From Marsupella aquatica (taxonomy: Eukaryota > Plantae > Marchantiophyta): DNA of 64,000 nucleotides. Shown in pieces: positions 25,534 through 38,100 of this stretch. The translations under genes and the position numbers were made by a program. How positions within the stretch are numbered: the first letter of the stretch is position 1; each line of letters begins with the position of its first letter. The notes below the pieces were generated by a model. The model was not told where the DNA came from, did no database searches, and saw only the letters and a list, made by a program, of their open reading frames with translations. The DNA lies in NCBI GenBank assembly GCA_973895155.1, contig OZ316897.1, forward strand, positions 13,267,375 through 13,331,374, read 5' to 3'.

Positions 25534-28500
25534 ATGCCGCGGAGGAAAATGGCCGTAACTCTTACATCGATCTCAGCGTTCTCAAGCGGCCTTCAACGGA
25601 TCTCCACGGTGCTTCTCTGGCTTTCGGTGCTCGCCCGTGTGGATGCTCATCAGAATAGCAGCACCATTGGCGAAGTTCAAACTCTTCTGAGGTTCAAAGA
25701 GATGACGGAAGTAGATGGTTGGGTGATCTCCAAAGGGTATTGGAGAACTTGGAAGGAGTCGGATGAAAACACCTGTGCTTGGGCTGGAGTTACTTGCACA
25801 AAAGATTCCACTGTAGAGCAGCTCAGTTTTTCTGGTTGGGAATTGAAGCGGCTGTCTAGTCTGAGTGTATTGTCAAACCTGACAGATCTTCGCATGTTGG
25901 ATTTTTCGTACAACAATTTCAGAGATATTGGCATCCCAGACGATATTGGATCTTTAATTGGGCTTACCCATTTGGATCTCTCTCATAATTGGTTCTCAGG
26001 TCCCATACCACGCGGCATTTCCGCCTGCCAAAGCTTACGGTACATCTCTCTTGAGGCAAATGCACTCGCCGGGGAGATCCCCGATCTGAGTGGCTTGGTG
26101 AACTTAAAGTATCTCCTACTTTCACATAACCAACTTAGTGGCTCTTTTCCAAAATCGCTCGGAAAACTAGATAGTCCTCTCAAGATAGATTTGACGGATA
26201 ATATGTTTACTGGTTCTATCCCTTCTCTTTCAAACCTGACCAACCTTTTGGAGCTCCTGCTTGATAACAACACCTTCACGGGGTTCGAGGAGGGAATGTT
26301 TCCAGATGCTAAGAATTTGGAGCACTTGTCGGTTTCTGGTAATCAACTACAGGGTTCGATTCCGGCCAACATCACGAAGTTGGTGAAACTCAGGACACTT
26401 GATTTGTCACGCAACCAACTATCTGGCCACATCCCTTATGATTTCTGCTTAAATATGAGTGACGCCGTTTGGTTCGATTTGTCTCAAAATCAACTCACGG
26501 GCAGCATCCCTGAAAGATTGCTGCAACCTACTCCGATGATGGCCAACCTGCCTGGCTTGAAGCTTTCACATAATTTCCTTACTGGTCATGTACCATTCGA
26601 TGGAACCAAACATTACAATTACTATGTCATAGATTTGAGTCACAATCACCTGAGTGGTCCTATTCCCTCAATTTGCAACAATGGAACTAGTTTTATCCAC
26701 TCTCTGTCGCTACAAAACAACAACCTCTCTGGAGACATTGTTGATTTTCTTGGTCAGTGTTATGGTCAGATGACGGAAATGCGACTGGCAGATAACTCCT
26801 TCAGTGGGGACCTATCGAAACTGGAAAAGATCAGCAATGACGCAGATAACTTGAGAGCATGGAACCTAAATATTGTGGACATCAGCAACAACAATCTTCG
26901 GTTGAGTACGACGGAAGTCAATGGTGATCCATTGAGGGCTGTGCTGGAGTTTTTTGTGCTTGATACATCTGTAACAGAGTTTCGGATGCAAGGCAACTAT
27001 CTCTCCGGAACGCCTCTGCCTTCATACTTCCCTGCATCGGCGACTTTCCTTGAGGTTCTGGATTTAAGCAACAACCATTTGCAGGGGCAGATATCGGGTG
27101 CGGCTTTCAATAGCACATGGCTGCCGGCTCTCCAATCCTTGAACTTGTCGAACAATGATATAATGGGACCAGTTCCGGATGCCCTTGTTATGCTTCCAAA
27201 TCTAGCAATTCTGGTATTGACCAATAATAGGCTGTCTGGACGGCTTCCTGCTGGACTACCAGATAGGCTATATAATCCGAGCTTTTTTTATGGCAATGAT
27301 GGGATTTGTGGTGGTCCGTTACATTCTTGTCCCCAATGGATAGCTGTAGAATGGTGGGTTTTGTTGCTCATAGTTGGCGGATCTGTGACAATAGCTGTGG
27401 GAAGTGTTTTGGTTGCTTTGTGGCGATGGAGAGTTTATCGCAAAAGACAGCAACAAGATGGAGATTTAATCAAAATGCTGCTGGAGAGAGAATCTGCAGC
27501 ATTGATGTCGCTTCGGGACCTCAAGAAAGCCACCGACAATTTTGCTGATAGTGCGCAGATAGGGGAAGGAGGTTTCGGGACTGTATACACGGGCAAACTC
27601 AGCGATGGAACCATGGTGGCTATCAAGAGAAGCAAGCGCGACGGATCTGGCAGGCGCGAAGGATCTGAGACCGAAAAGGACCAATTCTTGAACGAGGTCA
27701 GGATCTTGTCTCAAGTAAACCACCGTCATCTTGTGAAGCTCCTGGGATGTTGCATGGAGAACAAAGTTGCTTTGCTCGTCTTTGAGTTTGTTTCGAATGG
27801 CACCCTTCAAGAATATCTTCACGGAAAAAGGACAGTACCTTTGAGCTGGAAACAACGACTTCGGATTGCAATTCAAACCGCAGATGCTTTGAACTATCTT
27901 CATTCAGCTGCCACTTTTCCAATTTATCATAGAGATGTCAAGTCGGCCAACATTTTATTAAACGATGAGCTTAATGCCAAAGTGGCAGATTTTGGAATCT
28001 CGAAGCTATCATCCGTTGAAGCCACACATGTCTCGACTCTGGCAATTCATGGCACCCTTGGCTACATTGATCCTGAATATTACTTGTCCTACCAGCTAAC
28101 TGACAAAAGTGACGTCTATAGCTTTGGTGTGGTTCTGTTGGAACTCATCTCAGCGAAACCTGCAATAGACTTTGGAAGGGGTGGAGATGAAACTAGTCTG
28201 GTAAATTTCGCTAGGAAACACATCGAAAATGAAAATTTACAACAACTGATCGATGGAGCCCTTACAGAGCCCTACGATGACATGGCCGGCCAGGGCAGAG
28301 AGTCGATCTTGAATGTGGGAAGACTAGCTATGAAATGTCTACACATGCGATCCAAGGCTAGACCAAGCATGAGCGAGGTCTTGAAAGAACTGCAAAACCT
28401 GTGGGTCCTGCTCGAAGGCACATCCGAAGAACTGAACTCTCCACACAAGTTATCGACTATCTCAGGAGGTGCGGCGGGAGAGGACCGTATCACGATTGTC

Positions 28501-28665
28501 AAAGAGAATGACGGAGAGGATCCACGATATGATAACAATGTTTGCCTCTCTGACGATTTCTGTAGCAATAGCTCTAGTTCACTTCTACCCAGTGATGCCA
28601 CTGGCATTCAAATGTCGCAGCTCAGTCAACTCGCAAGGCAAAGATCAAGATCAAACCGGTGGTGA
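25534..28665 (+). CDS. Intronless LRR receptor-like kinase (1043 aa) with a WAK/WAKL-type RD kinase domain
   Basis: Signal peptide, LRRNT (W...CAWAGVTC), many LxxLDLSxNxLSGxIP repeats, GNDGICG cap and a TM helix. Kinase motifs: GEGGFG, VAIK, FLNEVRILSQVNHRHLVKLLGCC, IYHRDVKSANILL, DFG, GTLGYIDPEY, KSDVYSFGVVL. Confidence 0.96.
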   Translation: MPRRKMAVTLTSISAFSSGLQRISTVLLWLSVLARVDAHQNSSTIGEVQTLLRFKEMTEVDGWVISKGYWRTWKESDENTCAWAGVTCTKDSTVEQLSFSGWELKRLSSLSVLSNLTDLRMLDFSYNNFRDIGIPDDIGSLIGLTHLDLSHNWFSGPIPRGISACQSLRYISLEANALAGEIPDLSGLVNLKYLLLSHNQLSGSFPKSLGKLDSPLKIDLTDNMFTGSIPSLSNLTNLLELLLDNNTFTGFEEGMFPDAKNLEHLSVSGNQLQGSIPANITKLVKLRTLDLSRNQLSGHIPYDFCLNMSDAVWFDLSQNQLTGSIPERLLQPTPMMANLPGLKLSHNFLTGHVPFDGTKHYNYYVIDLSHNHLSGPIPSICNNGTSFIHSLSLQNNNLSGDIVDFLGQCYGQMTEMRLADNSFSGDLSKLEKISNDADNLRAWNLNIVDISNNNLRLSTTEVNGDPLRAVLEFFVLDTSVTEFRMQGNYLSGTPLPSYFPASATFLEVLDLSNNHLQGQISGAAFNSTWLPALQSLNLSNNDIMGPVPDALVMLPNLAILVLTNNRLSGRLPAGLPDRLYNPSFFYGNDGICGGPLHSCPQWIAVEWWVLLLIVGGSVTIAVGSVLVALWRWRVYRKRQQQDGDLIKMLLERESAALMSLRDLKKATDNFADSAQIGEGGFGTVYTGKLSDGTMVAIKRSKRDGSGRREGSETEKDQFLNEVRILSQVNHRHLVKLLGCCMENKVALLVFEFVSNGTLQEYLHGKRTVPLSWKQRLRIAIQTADALNYLHSAATFPIYHRDVKSANILLNDELNAKVADFGISKLSSVEATHVSTLAIHGTLGYIDPEYYLSYQLTDKSDVYSFGVVLLELISAKPAIDFGRGGDETSLVNFARKHIENENLQQLIDGALTEPYDDMAGQGRESILNVGRLAMKCLHMRSKARPSMSEVLKELQNLWVLLEGTSEELNSPHKLSTISGGAAGEDRITIVKENDGEDPRYDNNVCLSDDFCSNSSSSLLPSDATGIQMSQLSQLARQRSRSNRW

Positions 28666-29499
28666 CGTTAGTGAAGATTATTACGTTCAATCCAATGGGT
28701 GAAAGTATTATGCAATCAATGATTCGGAACTTTACTCTCTATTATTGAAACGCTTTTCGAAATATTTCGACATCGTCTATTGTGAAAATAATGAAACCAC
28801 GTTCCTCAGCGTTTGGCCACTTTGCAGCTGTACATTTCACTGAAACTCTCTTATGTATATTCTTGAGACAATCGTTCGTGCCATGTGCATCCTAACTGCA
28901 ATCCTCCACGTCTACAGATCAACATTGAAGAGCATTGAAGACTTCACCAACACCATTCAATGGAGTTTCAATCCATTCCTCATAGAGGATAAGTTCAATC
29001 GAATGCCCTATCCAAAGGGCAGGCTCAAGATTGAAACGATTTGAAATTTTTTGTCGTTCAATGGTGCAATTTAAGAAAAAACAACTGGAAAGTAGAGACT
29101 TTATTCAGGCTTCCTTCAGGTAACCTATGCTACACCGTCCACCGCAATAAGTGAGTGAAGAATGAGTGCGATAACAAAACTAGAGTCTCACACTAATTTG
29201 TGTACAATTTTTTCATTATTATCAAGAATCACACTATGTAAGCATGTAAAGTCACCCTATTTACTGGCAAAAGAAAGTTATGAAAAAATACCAGTTTCAG
29301 TCAACAAGACGCCATACAGGAGCATATCAAATCACACAGGAGCATCAAGATCGTTGCTTACGTATTTATGTTGTATCGAAAGCCTGATGTTCACAATGCT
29401 TTTTATGTGTATTGAGAGTCCGCCTGATGTTTACAATTTTCACTTGATAATGCGAGTTTGCTTCTCCCCTGGGAGGCTTGGTTCACATTCCCTAATGCT

Positions 29500-30700
29500 G
29501 TCCCTTTGGGACTAAGATCCAGAGCCAAGTCCATCACCCTCCAAATTAACACTGTTGTTCTCCGAGTCGAAGTTTTACACTCTGCTATCATTCTAAGCAC
29601 CGTCAATCGTAGGATGCCTATGGAGCCTGCCGAAGTTGAGAGAAGCAGGAGGACCTCGAGTCACTACTTCGAATCTTGGCGACCCCAGGTAAAAAAAAAT
29701 TCACAATCAAACTGTTTCCAGAATACTCGAGCACCAGCAAAAAGCCATTGCAAACTATCAACCCGAAATCATCCGATTCTATAAATACTTCGCTGACTGG
29801 CATTTCCAGCGAATCGAAAATCTCTTCTTTCACATTGAAGGACTCGACTTTCGAAGGCATCTGGGCGACTAGTGGGCGGACCAATCTGTACAGAAATCCA
29901 TTCAAATGCGTCCAATTAGATTTCCACCAATGAGAGAGGGCAGCATGGTCCAAGTCCGGTTTGTAAGCAACCTGGTTCCGTTCCAGGCTCCTGACTTGGA
30001 GTCATACACATCTGCAAAAGAATATCTAGAGGTACTCATCATGTAATCGTTGAAAATAAGCCCTTTGTACGTTTGCGATGACATGAGAATCAACCAACTG
30101 CAGGGCCAGGAAGAAGAAATAGTTTCGGCTCCCAGAAATCGAGGTGGTAGCTAGCTTCCTCCACACCCGGTCAAAATGTTACTCAGTTCCAAGGAGAACC
30201 TCTTCCCAATGATCCCATCATCCATCTCCTCCAATTCAAACAACAAGAGAGCTCCTTCTTAGCGCCACCAGCTGATCTTGCGGAATGGCTTTCAGGTAGG
30301 AGCGACAGCCATGGCATTTTTGGACAATGGTTGGATCCTCAGTAGTAGGCAACCAATTCGTTCTCCCCGCAAAAGATGAGGCTGAAGGTTTTCCAGTTTT
30401 TGGACGAAATTCTGAATTTATGCTCGTCTCTTGCCCAGCCCGAAATGCAAATGATGGCTAATTTGTTTGTTTCTGTTTTTGTTGGGGAAGCACAAATTAA
30501 AACCAAGCCCCGAGTTGAATTAAACGAAAGGTCCCAACAAGTTAGATCTATGAGTAGCGATGCCCAGTTCTTCCAATAAACAAACAAGTGGTCTTTTCTG
30601 TTTTGAAATGAAGAAATTCTGAATTGGTGCTCCTTTCTTGCCCAGCCCAAAATGCAAATGGTCACTAGTTTGTTTGTTTTGGTTTTGCTGGGAGAAGCAG
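29500..30700 (-). pseudogene. Probable fragmented F-box/kelch-type protein pseudogene
   Basis: Frame-broken fragments NILTG/WRKL, ADVYDSKSGAW, HLNGFLYRLV, VESFNVKEEIF and LIVCNGFLLVL resemble F-box-associated propeller repeats. There is an internal ~207-bp duplication at 30405-30720. No clear F-box motif was seen. Confidence 0.45.
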
Positions 30701-30971
30701 AAAGGAGAACCAAGCCCCAAGCAATTAGACAGCCTTGCAAAGTTAGGAAAGCTTGAGCAAGGGAAAACAGCCTTTGTTTGTTGTTGACTGGCTTCACATG
30801 GGAGTGGTGGTTCTCCACTCCTGAATATTTTTCAAAATGAATAGGAGTTCCCTGAACCAAGGTTGCTCAACTATATGACTGCATATATATATCTGAGCGC
30901 TAACCCATCAACCAACCAATATAATATGTGATCATCCCACCAATGGTGGGAATATCAAATTGAGAACACTA

Positions 30972-30974
<3 letters not shown>

Positions 30975-31012
<38 letters not shown>
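30975..31012. repeat. (AT)19 microsatellite
   Basis: Read directly from the sequence. Confidence 0.95.
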
Positions 31013-31016
<4 letters not shown>

Positions 31017-31141
31017 CTGCCAAAACAAAGTATCCAACTGGCACACACAATCCCAAAATCAAAACGCCAGTTAATTTTAATATATAAACTTCCCATAAAT
31101 GCACTTCACCATGTCAGCAGCCATGTTGTATGTATGCTACT

Positions 31142-34100
31142 CTACTGCTTTTGGGGATTTTGTAACCACCCTTTTTGTTCCAAACTTGTCACAAGGTCTG
31201 TGAGCTGAGATTCAACAGTTCTAAATTCTATCCCCAACTTCCGTGCCTTTTCATTGCTCCAACTGTAGCAAGGAACTTCTTCTGATATCTCATATCCAGG
31301 TCTAGAAGTGAGAGACAAACATTTTGTTAGAGAGATAAAGAGATTACAAACATTTATATTTGATCAAACGTAGGGTCTCTCATATGACATATCAGTTCTT
31401 GTTTCTAGTGTACTCATTAGACCTATCTGCAAACATGGTGACTGTTTTAGTGCACTGTTTACAAAAATAGTTCAAAAAAGTTTGAATCTATTGCAGACTT
31501 GCTTAACCTTTAAGTGTATTTAGGCCCTGTTACCTGGGTATTGTGAGTGGGCAATAGATACAATTAAAACCTGAAGCTAAAGCCCTCGTTTTGGGGGATT
31601 ATGGCCTACAATGCCGTGGTGCCCTGTTACCAGGATGTTATTATACAAAATTTATGATGGGATGGAATGTTATTGTATATATAAGTAATGATCGGGCGTC
31701 GAACAAAAGCACCAACTTAACAACCACCAAGGAGAATGTGGACCTTACTCTGTGGGGACTGGATAGCCTGGATATAGTCTGCTTAATATCTCCACAATCT
31801 CTTTGAAATGATAGGCTCGTTCCCGATGAGTCAGAATGTAGCGTCCTTCTGCATTGGGATTTTCATATGCCAAGATGTGAGCCAGTGACACATCCTGGAC
31901 GTCCACAAAGCCAAGGGCAAAATTTCTGTATGTCTTGGAGGCGCCTGCAAAACACGCAAATCTTACATAAGAAAGCCATTAAATTCCACCTGTATTTTGT
32001 CCAAGTTCATGTCAGCTCGATTGAAACTTTCTCAAGGCATTAGGACTCCCCACAATGAGGTAGCTTGAATGTCTGTTGTTAAGGATTTTCAACTCCCCCT
32101 TCAATTTCAGGACCTGTCCCTCAAGATTTGACACCACGAGTGGTAGATTCCCCAATTGCCTGACTAAAGTGTGGATCAGCTACTACAGCTCATAGTCAAA
32201 GAAAGAAGACAGGTTTTAGGACAAGTGTCTTGGACAACACGAGTTCCACATCGGAGTTGCAGTTCATGGTTCGAATTGAAGCAGGAACACTTCTATGTTT
32301 ATTGGTTTATAATGATGCAGTTGCCCAGAGATTGAACGAAGCCAGGTGTTCCCTTAGCTCTACCTGTAAGTTCACTAGAACAGCTTTGAGTCCATCTGTA
32401 GTAGAGAACTGAAACATAGCAGGCCAGTTTTACTACATCACTGTTTTGTTTATTAGAAACATCAAAACAGAGTATTTATCTCATAGTATTGGAGAATGTT
32501 AATTGTTTCACGACTCCTAAATGAAGAGAATAGTGAACAGAAATGGGTACGAAAAGTGAACATAAAAATAAGGAAAACCATGAGGGTTGTAAGGCTCTGA
32601 TAGGCATGGATGGTAATACCTAAGTAGAGATCACTAAGATTGTAGCCTAATGATGTAAGGTGGTAAGTATCACAAGAAGTACTGTATTGTTTGGAGTTGA
32701 CCATGCATGCCTCACAGAAATCTGAATTAAGTTAAGTACTCTTACTGAATCTGCACCGTCATCTTTAATGCTTAGCACAGTGGTTGAAGGGTTCGATGGG
32801 GGTGGAAGGTGGAGGGCTTGAAACACCTAGAAGGTACTAGTCTTGTAGAAAGAGCCAATGCCTAGGCATTGGGACTTTAATGTGAAGGTACTCTGGCACC
32901 ATTGAGTACACTAAAAAAACTGGATTCGTACAAAAGTTTAATTTGAAAAAAAACTTCAATGGGTTCTGTCTATAATAAAAAACTTGGGAGAAACAAATAA
33001 TAGACTCTCCTAAAGCAAACTGAAAATTTAATAAAGAATAGCGGTCCTGAGCAGGTCAGGTGGATTGACCATTGAGGGGACTTGAAAAAATAAGTGCTTA
33101 CCTTGACCTTGGCGATGTGATGGGATAGATTTCAGAAATTTCTCCTAGACTTAGATAACCTTCTGTTCAAGGCTGTACGCAGAAGTGGAAGCTTTATTTT
33201 CCAAGTAAGGCTCATTCCTCCACTAATCTGTTAACTCGTTAGTAGGTACATACTCCTCACATTGCTCTGGCGGTACTCGGGAGGGTTTAGCAACTTGCCT
33301 GAGAGATAGTCTTGGATAACTTCACAAGTCGCGTTGATCGTTGGCTGTAGCAGAGTTCCAATCACAAATGCTGGATTCATCACAACCAAGTCGAAATGCT
33401 TACCCTTCGCAAAATCCCAGGCAGCATTTTCTGCCAATGTTTTAGACAGGTAGTACCATTGCTGTTCAGGGAAAGCACATGTCAGGCAGGGGGAATCGGG
33501 AAAATTGTACAACACGCTTTTAGTCGAGAAAGAAACATAGCAGATCATGAGTGAGAGCAGATGATGAACAAACAAGGCTCATCAGTTCTTCGTGCTCTTC
33601 AAATGCTAAGAAAAGAGGAATCAAGTCTGGCAAAGGAAACACTCCTGGCCAACATTGGGCAAGAATTTTGCATGAAAACTTCAGGAACGTACATCATTTC
33701 GTCTACAGAGATCAGGATCAGTCCACCAGGTCTCGTCAATAACTACATCGGATTTTGGCCTGCTGTTGTATGAAACGGCAGCAACTGAAGATGTTAGGAT
33801 AACACGCTTCACACTCTTAGCTTTGGCAGCTGCTTGAAGAAGATTCATCGTTCCTTTCAGTGCTGGATCTACCAATTGCGTCTGAAACATGAATATCCAG
33901 GCGTAAACAGAGTTTTAGTCCCTTCACAACCCAATGGGCTAGACGACCACCAAATTCAAGCTGCTAATGGATTCACTCCCAGAGAAAAAACTGACATTTC
34001 TACCATTTCATCTACCTCAGTTGAGCGAGTCGAAACTTTGATGACTTCACAATCCCGTATGTCTTGAAGAAAAATTTCCTCCGACAATGAATAAGTCTAG

Positions 34101-35144
34101 GGAATTAGACGAGTGAATGAATGGATTCCTCCTCCCAATATGGAGAGAATTGGTATAGCAAAAGACGCGAAGGACGGATACGAACCAGTCCTGCCTGTTT
34201 CTAACCAAAGAATTATGAATTATAATCACAGAGAGTCAAACACCATGAAACTCATCCACTGCCATAGCGAAAGGATTCATATGGTCTCTTATTCATCTAG
34301 TGTTCGATAGAGCGACAAGGAAGATGTTAAGTCAGTATGACTCGAATGCCAGAGTTGTTGGAGGAGTTGTTACAAACCTGACTGCAGAGGAAAATGTGGG
34401 AGAGCTAACATGTGGGAGAGCTAACCTGTGGGTCGGTTATATTTTTGGTAAGAAAAGGCGATGCAGTGTGGAACACACCATCAACCCCATCGACCGCGCT
34501 ATCAAAGGAGCCATCTTCGAGAAGATCTGCTTTATGCAGGGTCAGCCTCTCTTTCGCCCCCGGCATGGCTAACAAAAAACCCACTTTGGAAAGATCGTCT
34601 GTACAAGACACATACCACGGCACAGACGGTCAAATTCAGCTACACACCCAAGACCAAGACCATCACTCTTAAATGGATGATATGTATGATCAAAACATGA
34701 CAGACATGGACCAACGGACGCTCATATTTGGTACTGTAGGGTACCCCGAAATAATGATTCCTTTGCATTCCTTGTGAAATTTGGATAGTTCCCCTGAAGT
34801 GGTACTAGAACGTCATATTCCATGAATGGACCCCCAGACTTGGTCAAGCTGAGCCAGTGGCCACCTTTTGACCAAGAACAACTTGCGACAATTGAGAGAA
34901 TGGGTTTCGCTGAAGTGGTACATCCTCCGTCACATTCATTCGAAGGACCGCCAAGACTTTGCCCAGGTTGAGCTACCGACAACCTTTGGACCATAACGAA
35001 CGAAAATTTGTGAAGAGTGGAAAAGAGCTGACCTGGATTTCGAACAGTCCCTCTCACATTGTAGCCACGCTTTAGCAGGTCCTTCACTATGGTTGACGCA
35101 ATGAACCCAGTCGCTCCTGTCAAAGCGACTGTCTTCCCCTTCAT
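31142..35144 (-). CDS. NAD(P)H-dependent reductase, CCR/DFR-like SDR family (6 exons, 330 aa)
   Basis: Exons 35144-35033, 34598-34426, 33881-33693, 33461-33299, 31944-31749 and 31301-31142 total 993 nt in frame. Motifs: [40 protein letters not shown] (YxxxK), [19 protein letters not shown]. Confidence 0.92.
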
Positions 35145-38100
35145 TTTTCCTTCCTAATTGTGTACACAGTGCCTTTCGTAAGTTCAAGGAATCACGAGAA
35201 GCTGCAGAAAGAAGACCAGGACCTTCATAACTTGCTGTAGTGGCTGTGGATCATTCTCCCATGGCCATTTGCCCAGAGTCCAGAGGAGGTAGAAAAGACC
35301 CAACACAAGAGCTTCTCCCGACAGTATCGAAGAAATGGTCACCCCTTCCGAAAACATGCTGGAAATGCACTGGGAATGAAGTGAAGAACGAACAAAAACC
35401 CTAATTTCACTGAAGCCCATCCCAGTATGTATATTGTCAATGGTCTTTTCGCAATCTTAATAAATGCAAGCTCTCTGAGTCAGTACCTAGATCATTCTCA
35501 AATGATTCTGAAAATTTACTTGAAATTTACTTAAAAATTAGCTGGCTATCGTATCCGGATCTTCCTTTCTCTCGAAGGAAGATCGATCGAGAGATTTACG
35601 TCGATGTTCAGCTCTCTTCAACGTTCTCACCTGAAATATATGATGCTCAAGCAAGTTATCGACGAGACTTTGCTCTTCAGCGTCTGGCGGAGCTCAAGCA
35701 TCCGCACCTATAACCTGTACTTTGCCAAGGTCTTCAGATCCGGTACGCCAGTCATCAGCCAGGTTCTGGTATTCATCTATGACGTTGAGGGTCGACTTTC
35801 AAAGTATGTTGGGCAAACACTCGTACCGGCTCCATGACATGGCCATATACAAGACATTCGAGGCTCAGGTAATGTTTGCGTTGTCAAAACTTCTCCCACT
35901 GCTCATTCTACCCGCCCTCCTCAGGCCTACTTCTTAAACTGCCGGCTATCCCCAGAAAACACAATTTTGTGCTCACAACGTCTGGGAGTCTGGGGATAGG
36001 TGGCAGTGAAGGAAAATTTTGTTTTTAATTGTGTACTTCTTCCAAAGTAGCTTTAGAGCGACCCACATGAATATGCCAGAGCTACAGGTATATCTCCTCC
36101 TAGCTAGAGCAACCCTAGCATAGGCGTGGGAAAAATACCCTGAACTCAACGACTGGTCAACGAGAAGCTGTTAACGAAAGCTTAGCTGGCCTGCACAATT
36201 TAACTTCCGCAAAATAACGAGCTTCCAAACAAATTCATCTAAATTTTCTCTTGTTTGCGTTCTGTAAGAGTTTTGATAATTAGCTGGCAATGAGTCGTTC
36301 TCTCCATCAGGAATTCGCTCACATGCTAGCAAGCATGATAGGAATCCTGTGCGCCATATCTTGTGCAAGATTCTGAACGGCAATTACTCAGTTTCAGGTC
36401 GAGCTAGCTTCGAATGCCCTGCTCCAGAGTGAACTCAGTAAGAGCACCATCACAACCAATCTGAACCCAGAGCAAACCAAGTCGGTTGTATATGACGTTA
36501 TCCAAAGCTTTATTATATGAATTCCCTCAAGAGAATCAGTATTGAAAGTAATTCTAGCATCTTTAGCTGTACGGCTGAAGAACAACTGATTTGATGCAAT
36601 ATAATTATTCAATCAGTACTGTAGTGCAAGGCAGTGCCCGGGGTAAATCTCCCGGAGATCAAATCTGTTGGAGAGTTCGCCTAAGGAACATAAGGACCGG
36701 GATAAGCGGACAATAATTAAAAACCGGAATCACCTAGCTCAGAAAGACATTGTAGCTCGGTAGCAACCAAGCCGAAAAACATCGTAAGTAATAGTGGGGT
36801 CGTTGGAAAGAAATTTGGATCAAACTATTTTGAAGCGCGTACCCCCGAGAGCAACGAGGGATTTAGAAAATAAAAATTCCAATCTTTCAGCAAGAGCATC
36901 GCAAACCTTCATGCAACAATCAAAACGAAAAACGAATGGGCAACTTCTTCCTTCCAGCCGGGCCTGAATCCTTTTGTTGCTGTGTCTGCCTTGTGTAATT
37001 CTTTCTCACTCTGTATAGAGCAAGGTTCCTCGAGGTCACGTCAACACACGATAAAATCACCGTTCTACGCCTTTTTGTCCTCGTAGCAGGCCCCGATCCT
37101 TGCTGCCACCTTTTCCGTTCCAAGTCAACTTGTTTTGAGTGGGAAAAGAGGAGAAGAGTTCGTAATGGTTATCAATCTCCGAGCAGGGCGTCTGATATAT
37201 ATCACATCTAGATTCACGAATTCGCAGGACGTCAGAGGTACTGTACAACCCCACCTCATGAAGATGAACTTGGAGGAGATGAGTAAAGGTTTCGTAGACT
37301 ATGTTGTTTTGTGTTTTTCTCTGCAGGCAGAACAGACATGTGTGCCTCATGACATTTCTGGTGTTTTTGGATAATTGGAAGCCAATGTTTACTTCGGAAC
37401 ACAGGACGTGCCTCTGTATGCTACTAAGGTCTGAGACGAAAAGGCTAAATCTGAATTTCAGACATAGCAAGTGTTTCTTGTCACAAACGAGCTTCATTTT
37501 GGCACTAGTCTGAAGGATGACTGCAGCTCAATAGTATCGGGATGTGTTCGTTTTGCCATTTTTATGAAGACGTAGCAAGTGCTTCTGGTATCTAGGGAGC
37601 ATCATTTAGAACTAGTACGAAGCATGACTGCTTTTCAATTGTATCGAAATGTGTTTGTTTTGCCCTTCTCATGAAGTATGCTGCTGGTGGGAACACATTG
37701 CAGCTTTACCCTTGTCTACTGCATTGTTGATTGTCCTCTGATTTCTAAACACGAGGTGAAGCTGGAATGAATTCCTCGTTGCGTCCATCCAAGCCCGGTG
37801 GCTGCAGGTCATGTGAAAGCTTGACTATTTCTGTGGTTTGCTTGATGATCATCGTTAATCTTCTATGATGGAAAAGTGGACAACATGATGATGACAAAGA
37901 TTGGTTGCTAGGTCTTTAAACTCTTAGCTGGGACTTGCTTCACAATTTCCCTTCTTGATCCCTGTCGGTAACCACTCAGGCAACTAGGCACGTATGGTCC
38001 TGTCATTACATTTAATCGAAACTGGTAAAACGCCAACTAATGCCTTCATGGGAAAAATCACAAAACAGTGGTTGCTAATCACCACCAATGTGCTCCCAAA

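Noticed and set aside
25677-28607. Antisense and alternate-frame ORFs over the RLK (and similarly over TnpD and the MULE genes)
   Set aside because: These are shadow ORFs of real coding frames.
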